Notes under the pieces: generated by a model
Seen by the model: only the letters and a program-made list of their open reading frames with translations
Told to the model about the DNA's origin: nothing
Database searches by the model: none
From: an uncultured Acidimicrobiales bacterium
GTDB taxonomy: Bacteria; Actinomycetota; Acidimicrobiia; Acidimicrobiales; SHLQ01
NCBI GenBank assembly: GCA_938038815.1
Contig: CALHTF010000056.1
Coordinates: 559-64,558, forward strand
DNA: 64,000 bases
Reading direction: 5' to 3'
Shown: one piece after another, positions 9,118-18,703 of the stretch
Layout of the letters: every line of letters starts with the position of its first letter
Position numbering within the stretch: the first letter of the stretch is position 1
Position numbers and translations under genes: made by a program

Positions 9118-9125
9118 GTGCGCCG

Positions 9126-10151
9126 ATGCCGGACCGATCAAAGATCACCATCGAAGACGTTGCCGCGGCTGCCGGAGTCTCGGTTGCGACGGTGAGTCGA
9201 GCGCTCCGCGGGCTGCCAAATGTCGCGCCCGCAACCCGACAACAAGTACTCGCCGTCGCCGAGCGACTGGACTACCGACCCGATCGCAATGCTTCTCGAC
9301 TGGCCGCCGGTTCGACCCGCACGGTCGCGGTCGCGGTACCGATGCTGAATGCCTGGTACTTCTCCCAGGTCCTCGCCGGCGTTGAGGCCGTCCTGAAGGA
9401 GGAAGGTTACGACCTGTTGGTGCACGGTGTTTCCGATGAAGAAGCTCGCCGACGGTTTGTGGCTGGGCGCTCACCCATCGGCCAGCGGGTCGACGGCATG
9501 GTGTTGGTCGATCTGCGAGTGTTGCCCGACGAGGCCGAAGCACTCGCCGCCGATGGCGTGGTGGCGACCACCATTGGCTTCCGCACTCCGGTCTTTCCGT
9601 CGGTAACTATCGACGACACAGCGATCGCCCGGCTCGCGGTCGAATACCTGCTTGACCTTGGGCACCGGCGAATTGGTCTGATCGCCGGGGTAGCCGACGA
9701 TGTGCTCCGGTTCATGGTGCCCGATCGTCGCCGCTCTGGATACCTCGACGCTCTGAACAGCGCCGGCGCCGAAATCGACCCCGCCCTCGAGGTGGCTGGC
9801 GACTTCTCGGTCGACGGCGGTCGAGACGCAATGGCGGCGTTGATGAAATCGGACAATCCGCCGACGGCAGTCTTTGCCATGAGCGACGAAATGGCTTTTG
9901 GAGCCTTGCAGACCGCGCGCGAGCTCGGACTCAAGGTCCCAAACGATGTAGCGATCGTCGGGGTCGATGACCACGACCTGGCTGAGGTTCTCAACCTGAC
10001 GACCGTCAAACAGCGGGTGGTGGACCATGGGGCTGTTGCGGCTCGGATGCTCATCAACACCTTGAATGACGGGTCCACTGCGGCGCCGGAGCATTATGAC
10101 GCAAGCTTCGAGCTAGTAATTAGAGGCACAACGGCGCCCCTGTCGAGCTGA
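9126..10151 (+). CDS. LacI family transcriptional regulator
   Basis: 341 aa. N-terminal HTH TIEDVAAAAGVSVATVSRALRG followed by a periplasmic-binding-protein-like sugar-binding core. Starts 8 nt after the glucosidase. Confidence 0.95.
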   Translation: MPDRSKITIEDVAAAAGVSVATVSRALRGLPNVAPATRQQVLAVAERLDYRPDRNASRLAAGSTRTVAVAVPMLNAWYFSQVLAGVEAVLKEEGYDLLVHGVSDEEARRRFVAGRSPIGQRVDGMVLVDLRVLPDEAEALAADGVVATTIGFRTPVFPSVTIDDTAIARLAVEYLLDLGHRRIGLIAGVADDVLRFMVPDRRRSGYLDALNSAGAEIDPALEVAGDFSVDGGRDAMAALMKSDNPPTAVFAMSDEMAFGALQTARELGLKVPNDVAIVGVDDHDLAEVLNLTTVKQRVVDHGAVAARMLINTLNDGSTAAPEHYDASFELVIRGTTAPLSS

Positions 10152-10198
10152 TGAACTACCGTTTCACTCGCGGGTGCCTTGCAATGGTGGCCGCTGTA

Positions 10199-10212
10199 TG
10201 TAAGCGTTTACA
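10199..10212. promoter_or_regulatory. LacI-family operator (TGTAAGCGTTTACA) upstream of the transporter genes
   Basis: Same 14-mer as 7467-7480 in the opposite orientation, in a lower-GC intergenic region 94 nt upstream of the SBP start. SD aggagg lies at 10290-10295. Confidence 0.7.
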
Positions 10213-10305
10213 TATTCGTCGTGGCGAACGTGATTTGCGGCGATTCACACAGATGGCGGCGCAACTCCTGCGCTCGTCGAGTGTCCTTTAGGAGGGGAAC
10301 TCATA

Positions 10306-11733
10306 ATGAAAAACACTTGGTTGCGGCTACTTGCTGCACTATTCAGTCTTGCGCTTGTCGCAAGTGCCTGTGGCTCGGACAGCCCGGTTGATGACGCCGT
10401 TGAGGCCGTCGACGAGGCAGCGGACGAAGTTGTCGAAGAAGTAACCGGCGACGACGACGAAGAAGCCATGGAAGAAGAGGCCATGGAAGAAGAAGAGGCT
10501 CCTGAAGAGGAGGCGATGGAAGAAGAAGACAAGCCCGTCGTGACCGTTACTGGTCCCGAGCGCGATGAGTCTGAAGCAGGCGCAATCCAGGAAGTGCTCG
10601 GCGCCTTTGGTGAAGCCAACGGCATCGAGGTCACCTACACCGGTGACGCCGACTGGGAAGCCAACATCAACGTTCAGGTCGAAGGTAACAACCCTCCGAA
10701 CCTTTCGATCTTCCCCCAGCCCGGCAAGCTCGCTGACTTTGCTCGCGCCGGCAACGTTGTTCCGCTCGCCGACAATGTCGTAGACGGCATGGCATGGAGC
10801 GAAGCGTGGACCGTGTTCGGCAACGTCGACGGCACCCAGTACGGTGCGCCCGTCAAGGCCGACCTCAAGTCCCTCGTTTGGTACAAGCCGGCCGCTTTCG
10901 AAGCCAACGGCTACGAAGTGCCGACCACCTTCGATGACTTTGTTGCCCTCACCGGCACCATGATCGCCGATGGAAACACCCCGCTTTGCGTAGGTATCGA
11001 ATCGGGTCAGGCCACTGGCTGGACCTACACCGACTGGGTTGAAGACATGGTTCTTCGCCAGCACGGCGCCGACGTGTACGACCAATGGGTCGCCCACGAC
11101 ATCCCCTTCAACGACCCGCAGATCGTTGAATCGATGCAGACCGTTCTTGACCTTTGGGCAACCGACGGCATGGTCTTCTCGAGCGGTGGTTCGATCGCCG
11201 CAACCGCATTCCAGGACAACGGTCAGCCGTTGGTCGATGGCGACTGCATGATGCACCGCCAGGCATCGTTCTACTCGGCATTCATCCCCGAAGGCACCGC
11301 CTTTGCTGATGGCTCCGAAGATGCGGTCGACGTGTTCTACTTCCCCGACCTGAACGGTGACGCACCTGTTCTTGGCGCCGGTACCCTCGTTGCCGCCTTC
11401 GACGACAACGAAGCAACCATGATGGTCGCCGAGTACATGGCAGGAGCCGAGTACGCAGAGGCACGCCAGAAGGCCCAGACCGCCCTCAAGGGCGGCGGAC
11501 TCTCCGGTTTCCTTTCGGCCGCTGAAGGTCAGGACCCGAGCGTCTACGCTCCTCTCGAGCAGTCGTTCCTGCAGATTCTTCAGAGCGCAGCAATCGTGCG
11601 CTTCGATGCATCGGACCTCATGCCAGCTGACGTTGGCGCCGGTACCTTCTGGAGTGAAGGCACCTCGGCCGTCAACGGCGATCAGGATGCAGCAGAAGCT
11701 GCAGAAAAGATTGAAGCCTCCTGGCCGAGCTAA
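10306..11733 (+). CDS. Sugar ABC transporter substrate-binding lipoprotein with acidic linker
   Basis: 475 aa. Signal peptide with lipobox LVASAC, then a D/E-rich linker, then a family-1 extracellular solute-binding fold. Sits in a glucosidase/LacI/permease context. Confidence 0.9.
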   Translation: MKNTWLRLLAALFSLALVASACGSDSPVDDAVEAVDEAADEVVEEVTGDDDEEAMEEEAMEEEEAPEEEAMEEEDKPVVTVTGPERDESEAGAIQEVLGAFGEANGIEVTYTGDADWEANINVQVEGNNPPNLSIFPQPGKLADFARAGNVVPLADNVVDGMAWSEAWTVFGNVDGTQYGAPVKADLKSLVWYKPAAFEANGYEVPTTFDDFVALTGTMIADGNTPLCVGIESGQATGWTYTDWVEDMVLRQHGADVYDQWVAHDIPFNDPQIVESMQTVLDLWATDGMVFSSGGSIAATAFQDNGQPLVDGDCMMHRQASFYSAFIPEGTAFADGSEDAVDVFYFPDLNGDAPVLGAGTLVAAFDDNEATMMVAEYMAGAEYAEARQKAQTALKGGGLSGFLSAAEGQDPSVYAPLEQSFLQILQSAAIVRFDASDLMPADVGAGTFWSEGTSAVNGDQDAAEAAEKIEASWPS

Positions 11734-11787
11734 CGCTCACCGGTGATTGCTGACCCGCTTCGGGACAGCACCCACCTATAGGTAACC

Positions 11788-11837
11788 GTTGCGCCGGGGT
11801 CGTTGATTATCTCAGCGGCCCCGGCGCAACTACGTTT
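11788..11837 (+). terminator. Intercistronic stem-loop with short T-tract between the SBP and permease genes (attenuating terminator/stabiliser)
   Basis: gttgcgccgggg (11788-11799) pairs perfectly with ccccggcgcaac (11819-11830), followed by tacgtttt. This is a common arrangement for high SBP:permease expression ratios. Confidence 0.55.
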
Positions 11838-11858
11838 TGGCAAGAACTTCTGGGGGGA

Positions 11859-14708
11859 ATGATGGGCGAGACACTCATCGAAACAGCGGAGCAGTCGAAA
11901 AGTCGTGCGGACCTAGAGGGACCTGACGATCCCGTTGGAGTTTCGGCGTCGGCCTCCGCCATTGCTTTTGGGGTCGGCGGCCTCCTTTTCTTCGCCGTAC
12001 TTGACCAACTCGATCTGCTCCGGTCGCCTATTGGTTCGTTCGCGTTCTGGCCGGCGATCGGCGCGCTGTTGTGCGGCGCAGCCGGTTACGGTCTCCGCGT
12101 ACTCGCCAACGACCGCCAGCGGCACATCTTCGGCGTCGTCGCCGGCGCGGTGATTGGCCTGATTATTGGTTCGATGGTGTTTCGGGCCTACCGGCCCGTC
12201 TTTGACTGGGTACCGCTGCTCAGCGCAACGCTGGCGGGTGCTCTCCTTTTCGCGATCTTTGGCGGCGCTCGCCGCAATGCGGTCGCCATGACCGCCTTCG
12301 GTGCGGCGCTCGGCTGGTTCTTCGGAGCCTTCGGGTTTTCCGCCACCAACCCTCGCGGGTCGCAGCTGTGGGCGATCATCGCGGTCATGGTTCCCATGAG
12401 TCTGCTTGGGCTCTGGGCCGCATGGAACCGGCGCGACACCGCATTGTTCTGGAACGACCGGGCCACCGAGTCGACCTTCAACCCAAAGGCGTGGATCGTG
12501 GTGGGCCCGGCCCTCACCCTGGCGGTCGCCGTTGGGCTCGTTCCAGGCCTGCAGACCGAACAGGGCGTGGACATCATCGACAAGATCGTTTCTACCCTTA
12601 TCGGTGTAGCGATCGCCGTTGCAGCCAGCGCTGGCCTTTGGGTGGGAGTCAACCTTCTGTTCAAACAAGCCACCGAGCATTGGCGCCGTTTCCAGGCCCT
12701 GTCGTTTGGTCTGGTGGGATTTGTCTTGTTCTTCATTCTGAGCGGCAACCGGCTGTTGCGGGCGCCCGGTGGCCGAAAAGAATTGGCCGATGCCATCGAG
12801 TCGATCACGAACTGGTCCAGCCCGCTCACGATGGCCATAGTGATTGGATTCGTAGGATTCCTCATCGGTCGAGCGATCGGTAGCTACCAGGGCAGTCGCG
12901 GCATTGAAATTCCTGCTGCAGCCGTCGGGGCGCTTCTGGGCATGTTGCTCGGGCTCACCCGAACCGACGAGGTAGCCGGAGGATTCTTCACGACGATTCT
13001 GTTCTGGCCAATCATCGGTGCAGCCGTAGCCGGGGTGGTCGGCTGGATTCTCGGCGGCACCGAGAATTCCCAAAGTCGGCTTTTGGTCGGCGGCGTCGGT
13101 GGACTGGTTCTCGGCTTGATCACCGGATTCCAACTGTTTCGCGAGTATCGCCCTGAGGTATCGCCGGTATCGCTGATCGTTGGCCTGGTCGTTGGGGCAG
13201 TGGTGGCGGTTGCCGTCATGGCCGCCCGAGGGAAACCGCCGCTACCCACGGTGTTTTTGGGTGCCAGTGTCGGTGCCTTGATCGGCGGTGTTGCGCTGCC
13301 CGACGCCGACCCGCGAGCGAGTCAACTTTGGGGTGTCGTTGCGGTTGCGCTGCCGTTCGTCCTCGCCGGCTTGTGGGCAGCGGCTCGGCCGTTGCCTGGC
13401 CTGACCGGCCGCACTGCCGTCGACCAAAAGTCTCGGAGCTGGATCTTCCTCGGTCCAGCGTTGTCCTTTATCGCCATCACGCTGGTTATTCCTGCGCTTC
13501 GGACCCTGCTGCTGTCGCTCTTTGGCAACAAAGAAGAGAGCGAGACCTTCGTCGGGCTCGAGAACTACGGCGAGATCTTCGGAAACCGACTCAATGAAGA
13601 GAGCTTCAACTTTGAGCGATGGCGCGAGCTCTTCTCAAGCCAACTCGTCCTGATCGGCGTTCCGCTTCTCCTCCTCGGCGCGGTGCTGGGCATTCTGCTT
13701 GGCCGCTCGACCGGTGAGCGGTTCCGCACGGGTGGCCTCTCGGCCACGCCAATCGGCATCGCGATGGTGCTGTTGATGTTTGCGGTATTCACCACGTTGC
13801 GGGGCACGATCATCAACAACCTCTGGTGGGTGTTCACCGTGACGGTCGCGTCGACCGCGATCGGACTCGCCATTGCGGCGCTGGCCGACCGAGTGCGATC
13901 CGAGAAGTATGCCAAGGCGTTCATTTTCATGCCTATGGCCATCTCCTTTGTTGGTGCCAGCATCATCTGGCGGGCGATCTACCAGGCTCGCAATGTCAAC
14001 AAGCCCCAAACCGGTGTGCTGAACGCATTGTGGGTAGGGCTCGGTCGCCTGAGCACCGGATCGGGGCTACCAACCCTGCTTGTCACGATTGGGTTGTTTG
14101 CCCTGCTGGCTCTTATCGCTGCCTTTCTCCTGCGGGCATTGCAGACCCGCAACACCAACGGGGTTGCGCCGGCGCTCACGGTGGGTGCACTACTCGTCTG
14201 GTTTACCTACCGGTTTGTTGGGCCAGGTGTTGGTGGCCAACGTATTGGACCAAACGGCGACATCATTGCCGATCCGGTCCTTTTCGTGCAGCAGTCGCCG
14301 TTCAACAGCTTCTGGCTGATGGTGATTCTCATCTGGATTCAAACCGGCTTTGCCATGGTGATTCTGTCGGCCGCCATCAAGGCAGTGCCCGGCGAATTCA
14401 TCGAAGCCGCTCGGGTCGACGGCGCTTCTGATTCGCAAATCTTCTGGCGCATAACCTTGCCCCAGATCCTGCCCACCGTCGGTGTGGTGGTCACGACCAC
14501 CATCGTGGTCGTGATGAAAGTCTTCGACATCGTCAAGGTCATCACCAACGGTCAGTTCGACAGTCAGGTTCTCGCAAACCAGATGTTTAACGAGGCCTTC
14601 TCGTTCGCCAATCAGGGGACCGGTGCCGCCTTGGCCATCATCTTGTTCATCTCGGTGTTGCCGGTGATGGTCTACAACATCCGTCAAATGCAAAAGGCGG
14701 AGTTCTGA
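11859..14708 (+). CDS. MalF-type sugar ABC permease fused to a very long duplicated N-terminal membrane region
   Basis: 949 aa. The C-terminal about 430 aa form a canonical permease (WIFLGPALSFIAITLVIPAL, EAA loop EAARVDGASDSQIFWRITLPQ). Residues 1 to about 520 are glycine-rich TM segments with an internal repeat. Confidence 0.85.
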   Translation: MMGETLIETAEQSKSRADLEGPDDPVGVSASASAIAFGVGGLLFFAVLDQLDLLRSPIGSFAFWPAIGALLCGAAGYGLRVLANDRQRHIFGVVAGAVIGLIIGSMVFRAYRPVFDWVPLLSATLAGALLFAIFGGARRNAVAMTAFGAALGWFFGAFGFSATNPRGSQLWAIIAVMVPMSLLGLWAAWNRRDTALFWNDRATESTFNPKAWIVVGPALTLAVAVGLVPGLQTEQGVDIIDKIVSTLIGVAIAVAASAGLWVGVNLLFKQATEHWRRFQALSFGLVGFVLFFILSGNRLLRAPGGRKELADAIESITNWSSPLTMAIVIGFVGFLIGRAIGSYQGSRGIEIPAAAVGALLGMLLGLTRTDEVAGGFFTTILFWPIIGAAVAGVVGWILGGTENSQSRLLVGGVGGLVLGLITGFQLFREYRPEVSPVSLIVGLVVGAVVAVAVMAARGKPPLPTVFLGASVGALIGGVALPDADPRASQLWGVVAVALPFVLAGLWAAARPLPGLTGRTAVDQKSRSWIFLGPALSFIAITLVIPALRTLLLSLFGNKEESETFVGLENYGEIFGNRLNEESFNFERWRELFSSQLVLIGVPLLLLGAVLGILLGRSTGERFRTGGLSATPIGIAMVLLMFAVFTTLRGTIINNLWWVFTVTVASTAIGLAIAALADRVRSEKYAKAFIFMPMAISFVGASIIWRAIYQARNVNKPQTGVLNALWVGLGRLSTGSGLPTLLVTIGLFALLALIAAFLLRALQTRNTNGVAPALTVGALLVWFTYRFVGPGVGGQRIGPNGDIIADPVLFVQQSPFNSFWLMVILIWIQTGFAMVILSAAIKAVPGEFIEAARVDGASDSQIFWRITLPQILPTVGVVVTTTIVVVMKVFDIVKVITNGQFDSQVLANQMFNEAFSFANQGTGAALAIILFISVLPVMVYNIRQMQKAEF

Positions 14709-14709
14709 T

Positions 14710-15654
14710 ATGACAGCGATTAGCAACAAGGGCGGCGGTGGAGTCGGCAAAGCGATCTACCGAGTGCTCGGCTCGATCCCCACCGGGGTGCTGTGGTTCC
14801 TCGTCATCGTGTGGAGCATCCCGACTTTCGGTTTGGCCGTCAACTCGTTTCGGGGCCGCGACGCCCAACGAAACGCCGGTTGGTGGAACGTCTTTAGCGA
14901 CGAAGGTGGACCGACGCTCAACAACTACGAAGAGGTCCTGACCTCGTCATCGACCAACTCGATTCTCGAGTCACTGGCCAACTCGTTTGCCATTGCTATT
15001 CCGGCCACGATCATCCCGATCGCCATCGCGGCGTTTGCGGCGTATGCGTTTGCATGGATCGACTTCAAAGGACGCGAGTGGTTGTTCATCGCTACCGTGT
15101 CCTTGCTGGCCGTGCCGTTGCAGGTTGCGCTGATTCCGTTGCTGCAGCTGTACTCGGGTGGCGCCCACCTGACGTTGCCGTGGATCGACAAAACCCTGAC
15201 CCTGATTCCCGACTTCGGATTGGCCGGTAGCTCGGCTGCCATCTGGTTAACCCACACCGGATTCGGCTTGCCGTTTGCGATCTTCTTGTTGCACAACTAC
15301 ATCACGAGCCTGCCGAAAGATGTTTTCGAATCGGCCCGCCTTGACGGTGCCGACCACTTCACCATCTTCTGGCGAATCGTCCTGCCGTTGTCGGTGCCGG
15401 TGCTGGCTGCCTTTGCCATCTTCCAGTTCCTCTGGACCTGGAACGACTTCCTTATCGCCAACACGATGGCCGGCTCAAACCCTGAAGCTCGTCCGACCAC
15501 TATCGCCATCGCCAACCTTGCGGGTGACTACGGCCGTAACGAGCACCTTCTTGGTGCCGGTGCGTTCGTGCAAGCGTTCTTCCCGCTTGTGGTGTTCTTT
15601 TCGCTCCAGCGGTACTTCGTGCGCGGACTTCTGGCTGGGTCGGTAAAGGGATAG
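14710..15654 (+). CDS. MalG-type carbohydrate ABC transporter permease
   Basis: 314 aa with 6 TM. EAA loop ESARLDGADHFTIFWRIVLP. Starts 2 nt after the preceding permease. Confidence 0.95.
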   Translation: MTAISNKGGGGVGKAIYRVLGSIPTGVLWFLVIVWSIPTFGLAVNSFRGRDAQRNAGWWNVFSDEGGPTLNNYEEVLTSSSTNSILESLANSFAIAIPATIIPIAIAAFAAYAFAWIDFKGREWLFIATVSLLAVPLQVALIPLLQLYSGGAHLTLPWIDKTLTLIPDFGLAGSSAAIWLTHTGFGLPFAIFLLHNYITSLPKDVFESARLDGADHFTIFWRIVLPLSVPVLAAFAIFQFLWTWNDFLIANTMAGSNPEARPTTIAIANLAGDYGRNEHLLGAGAFVQAFFPLVVFFSLQRYFVRGLLAGSVKG

Positions 15655-15695
15655 ACGCCTACCCTCGTTCTCGTGCAGCAAATCGGATCCTTGCG

Positions 15696-16607
15696 ATGAG
15701 CCGACTCAAACGGTTGGTCGGCGGAAACGCTACCCGCGCGGCGATACCGGGGTTTCTCGCCACGATGGCCATCGAGTACCTCGCGCTCAAGCGCAAGCCG
15801 ACGGTGGCCCCCGACGCCGCTATCGGTAGTTCCAACGTCGACCGGCCCGTCGGGTACGAACCCCGTGACGCCGCCACATCGGTAGCGATGGGATTAGGCA
15901 GCCTCGTGGTCAACGGCCTGGCCGCCAACGTGTTGGCACCAATGGACAACCGAATCTTTCGCAGTCGCCGCTGGTCGCTTGGCACCCGGCGCGGTGCGTT
16001 CGCCTTTGCGGTCGTCGCGTGGGACTTCTTGTACTACTGGGATCATCGGATGAGTCATGAGCATCGGGTGCTCTGGGCGTCGCATGTGAACCATCATTCG
16101 AGCGAGTACTACAACTTGTCGACGGCGCTGCGGCAATCGTGGACCGGGTTTGTTGCCCATGGGTTCTTCTTGCCGATGTTGGTGGCTGGGTTTACCCCCG
16201 CCCAGATCGCTCGCGCCGGGGAACTGAACTTGTTGTACCAGTACTGGGTGCATACCGAGACGATCGACAAACTTCCATCGGCGGCCGAACAGATAGTCAA
16301 TTCGGCATCGCACCATCGAGTTCATCACGGAGCGAACCCGCAGTATCTCGATCGGAACTACGCGGGAATCTTTATCATTTGGGACCGCCTGTTCGGTTCG
16401 TTCGAACCCGAGGGAGAGCGGGTTCGTTACGGCCTAACGAAGAACATCAGCACCTTCAACCCCGCACAGGTTGCGTTCCACGAATGGAAAGCAATGGCAA
16501 ACGACGTCGCCAACGCAACCTCGTGGCGTGATCGTGCCGGCTACGTCTTCGGCCCACCGGGCTGGACACCAGAGGGAGCGAGCCAGCGAGCGATCGACCA
16601 GAATTAG
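15696..16607 (+). CDS. Sterol desaturase / fatty acid hydroxylase family protein
   Basis: 303 aa. Histidine boxes HRMSHEH, HVNHH and HHRVHH at the family-typical spacing. WDRLFGSF near the C-terminus. Confidence 0.9.
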   Translation: MSRLKRLVGGNATRAAIPGFLATMAIEYLALKRKPTVAPDAAIGSSNVDRPVGYEPRDAATSVAMGLGSLVVNGLAANVLAPMDNRIFRSRRWSLGTRRGAFAFAVVAWDFLYYWDHRMSHEHRVLWASHVNHHSSEYYNLSTALRQSWTGFVAHGFFLPMLVAGFTPAQIARAGELNLLYQYWVHTETIDKLPSAAEQIVNSASHHRVHHGANPQYLDRNYAGIFIIWDRLFGSFEPEGERVRYGLTKNISTFNPAQVAFHEWKAMANDVANATSWRDRAGYVFGPPGWTPEGASQRAIDQN

Positions 16608-17671
16608 AGCACTTCGTCGAGCGTTACTGCTCGGCCTTCGTCGATGCTTTTGTGGGCTGCTGCGCCTACTGCGACCGAGAGGAGGCCGTCTTGGAGGGTG
16701 ACCTCGGGTTCGGTGTTGTTAACGATGGCGTCGCGAAGCTTGGAGTGTTCGATGAAGCTTGAGCCGTGGTGGAAACCGACATGGCCAATGGAGTCGTCGC
16801 GGACGTCGCGTACCTCCACATCGCCGATGTAGTGCTCGCCTCGGCGGCCGATTCGCATGATGTGTTCGGGGATGAGCGACTCGACCTTTCCTTTGTCGCC
16901 AACCACCGAAAGTTCTTCTTGATTGAACGTGGCCTCCGCGAACATGTTGAGGTCGAGCAGCCCACGCGCACCGGTGTCGAAGTCGACGATCACAAATGCG
17001 TTATCGAGGATGTCGGGGGTTTCGCCGTCGTAGGTTTCGTCGAGGTGGTTGACGCTCTGGCCTCCCGACGCGTAGACCCGCACCGGCTTGGCTTGGGTGA
17101 TGTGGTTCATGAGGTCGAAGTAGTGGCAGGTCTTCTCCACCAGGGTTCCGCCGGTTTTCCGGCTGAACCGGTTCCAGTCACCGACCTTTTCGAGGAACGG
17201 GAATCGGTGCTCGCGGATGGCGACCATGTGGATCGTTCCGACCGTGCCGGAGTGCACCTCGTCGATCAGGGCCGTAACCGGAGGCATGTAGCGGTATTCG
17301 AGGCCGACCCACGTTTTGGCCTTGCGGCCTTCGGCGGCGGCGAGCACCTTCTGGCAGTCGGGCACGGTCGTGCAGAGCGGCTTCTCGACCAGGATGTGAT
17401 GGTCGGTGTCGAGCACATCCAGCATCACGTCGACGTGGGTGAAGTTCGGGCTGGCAATGACCACGGCGTCGCAGTCGCCGGACTCGAGCAGGGCGCGGTA
17501 GTCGCTATAGGTGCTGACCTCGCCATCGGCTGCCTCGACGCCGGCGGCGATCGACGGTTCGTGCGGATCGGCGAGTGCGGTGACCACCGTGCCGTCGACG
17601 GCGTTGAGGTTGAGAATGTGCTCGACGCCCATCATGCCGGAGCCGATGATGCCGTAACGAATATCGCTCAC
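16604..17671 (-). CDS. Gfo/Idh/MocA family oxidoreductase
   Basis: Rossmann motif YGIIGSGMMGVEH lies right after the GTG at 17671. The longest ORF (to 17803) would overlap the divergent gene, so the shorter start is preferred. Stop overlaps the desaturase stop region. Confidence 0.85.
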   Translation of the reverse strand: MSDIRYGIIGSGMMGVEHILNLNAVDGTVVTALADPHEPSIAAGVEAADGEVSTYSDYRALLESGDCDAVVIASPNFTHVDVMLDVLDTDHHILVEKPLCTTVPDCQKVLAAAEGRKAKTWVGLEYRYMPPVTALIDEVHSGTVGTIHMVAIREHRFPFLEKVGDWNRFSRKTGGTLVEKTCHYFDLMNHITQAKPVRVYASGGQSVNHLDETYDGETPDILDNAFVIVDFDTGARGLLDLNMFAEATFNQEELSVVGDKGKVESLIPEHIMRIGRRGEHYIGDVEVRDVRDDSIGHVGFHHGSSFIEHSKLRDAIVNNTEPEVTLQDGLLSVAVGAAAHKSIDEGRAVTLDEVL

Positions 17672-17770
17672 GCGAGGGAAGTCCTTGGTTGAAATGACGG
17701 AGATGAAGGTGGCGAAAGGAACCTTGGAGCGCTTCTCCGCCAATGCGCTATAGCGAATAGTGTAGAGCAG

Positions 17771-18703
17771 GTGACTAGTGCGACAGACTCTCCGGCCAAC
17801 CACGATTCAGGGTTGGTGAACTCGGGTCCGCGAACCCTCGGACCCTACGACGTTGGCCCCTTGTCCTATGGCCTCTGGCGGTTCACGACCGCCGATGTTG
17901 GCGAGGCCCAGGGCCTGATCGAAACCGCCCTGGGCGCCGGAATGAACCTGATCGACAACGCCGACGTGTACGGCTTCGACTGGGGCGGCACCGGCTTTGG
18001 GGCCAACGAAGAGTTGCTGGGCAAAGTGTTCGCCCAAGCACCCCAGTTGCGCGACCAGATGGTGCTGGCCAGCAAAGGTGGCATCATCCCTCCCGCACCG
18101 TATGACTCGAGTGCCGACTACCTCGTGAAGGCGTGCGATGCGTCGCTGAGTCGGATGGGAGTCGACACGATCGACCTCTACCAAATCCATCGCCCCGACA
18201 TGTTTGCCCACCCCGGTGACGTCGCCGCCACGCTGACTTCACTGCGAGACGCCGGAAAGATCCGAGAGGTCGGAGTCTCCAACCACACGGTTGCGCAGTA
18301 CGACGCGTTGGCGGCCCTGCTCGACTTCCCGATCGTGGCGAACCAACCGCAGTTCTCGGCCGCTCATCTCGAACCGATGCGCGACGGCACCTTCGATCGC
18401 TGCATGCGCGACGACGTGGTGCCGATGGCGTGGAGTCCATTGGCGGGCGGCTCGCTGGCTACCGGCGACGGCGTGCGCCCAGAACTGCTCGAAGTGCTCG
18501 ACCGGCTCGCCGAACGCGAAGGTGTCGATCGGGCCACGGTGGCCATCGCCTTTGTGCTGGCGCACCCCTCGAAGCCGGTGGCGATCATCGGCTCGCAGAA
18601 CCCCGAGCGCATTACGGCCTCAACGGCTGCGCTTGGCGTGCACTTGAGCCGGGCCGATGTTTACGAAGTCGTTGTTGCGAGCGAAGGAGTCCCACTTCCA
18701 TGA
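17771..18703 (+). CDS. Aldo/keto reductase
   Basis: 310 aa. Shows GMNLIDNADVYG, IDLYQIHRPD and VSNH, which are AKR signatures. Confidence 0.9.
   Translation: MTSATDSPANHDSGLVNSGPRTLGPYDVGPLSYGLWRFTTADVGEAQGLIETALGAGMNLIDNADVYGFDWGGTGFGANEELLGKVFAQAPQLRDQMVLASKGGIIPPAPYDSSADYLVKACDASLSRMGVDTIDLYQIHRPDMFAHPGDVAATLTSLRDAGKIREVGVSNHTVAQYDALAALLDFPIVANQPQFSAAHLEPMRDGTFDRCMRDDVVPMAWSPLAGGSLATGDGVRPELLEVLDRLAEREGVDRATVAIAFVLAHPSKPVAIIGSQNPERITASTAALGVHLSRADVYEVVVASEGVPLP

Noticed and set aside
17746-17755. Perfect 10-bp palindrome CGCTATAGCG in the divergent promoter gap between the Gfo/Idh/MocA and AKR genes.
   Set aside because: It is short, occurs once, and no regulator gene is adjacent. It could simply contain a -10-like TATAGC. 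The evidence is insufficient to call an operator.
18430-18699. N-terminal extensions of the longest-ORF calls: 18430 for the LLM gene, 29791 for the nucleoside phosphorylase, 33634 for the crotonase, 57416 for leuC, 61127 for cimA, 21230 for the ATPase and 17803 for the Gfo/Idh/MocA gene.
   Set aside because: The extensions overlap upstream genes, are R/P-rich, and precede internal starts that coincide with the family N-termini (often with an SD or an ATGA/stop-start junction). Starts were trimmed accordingly.
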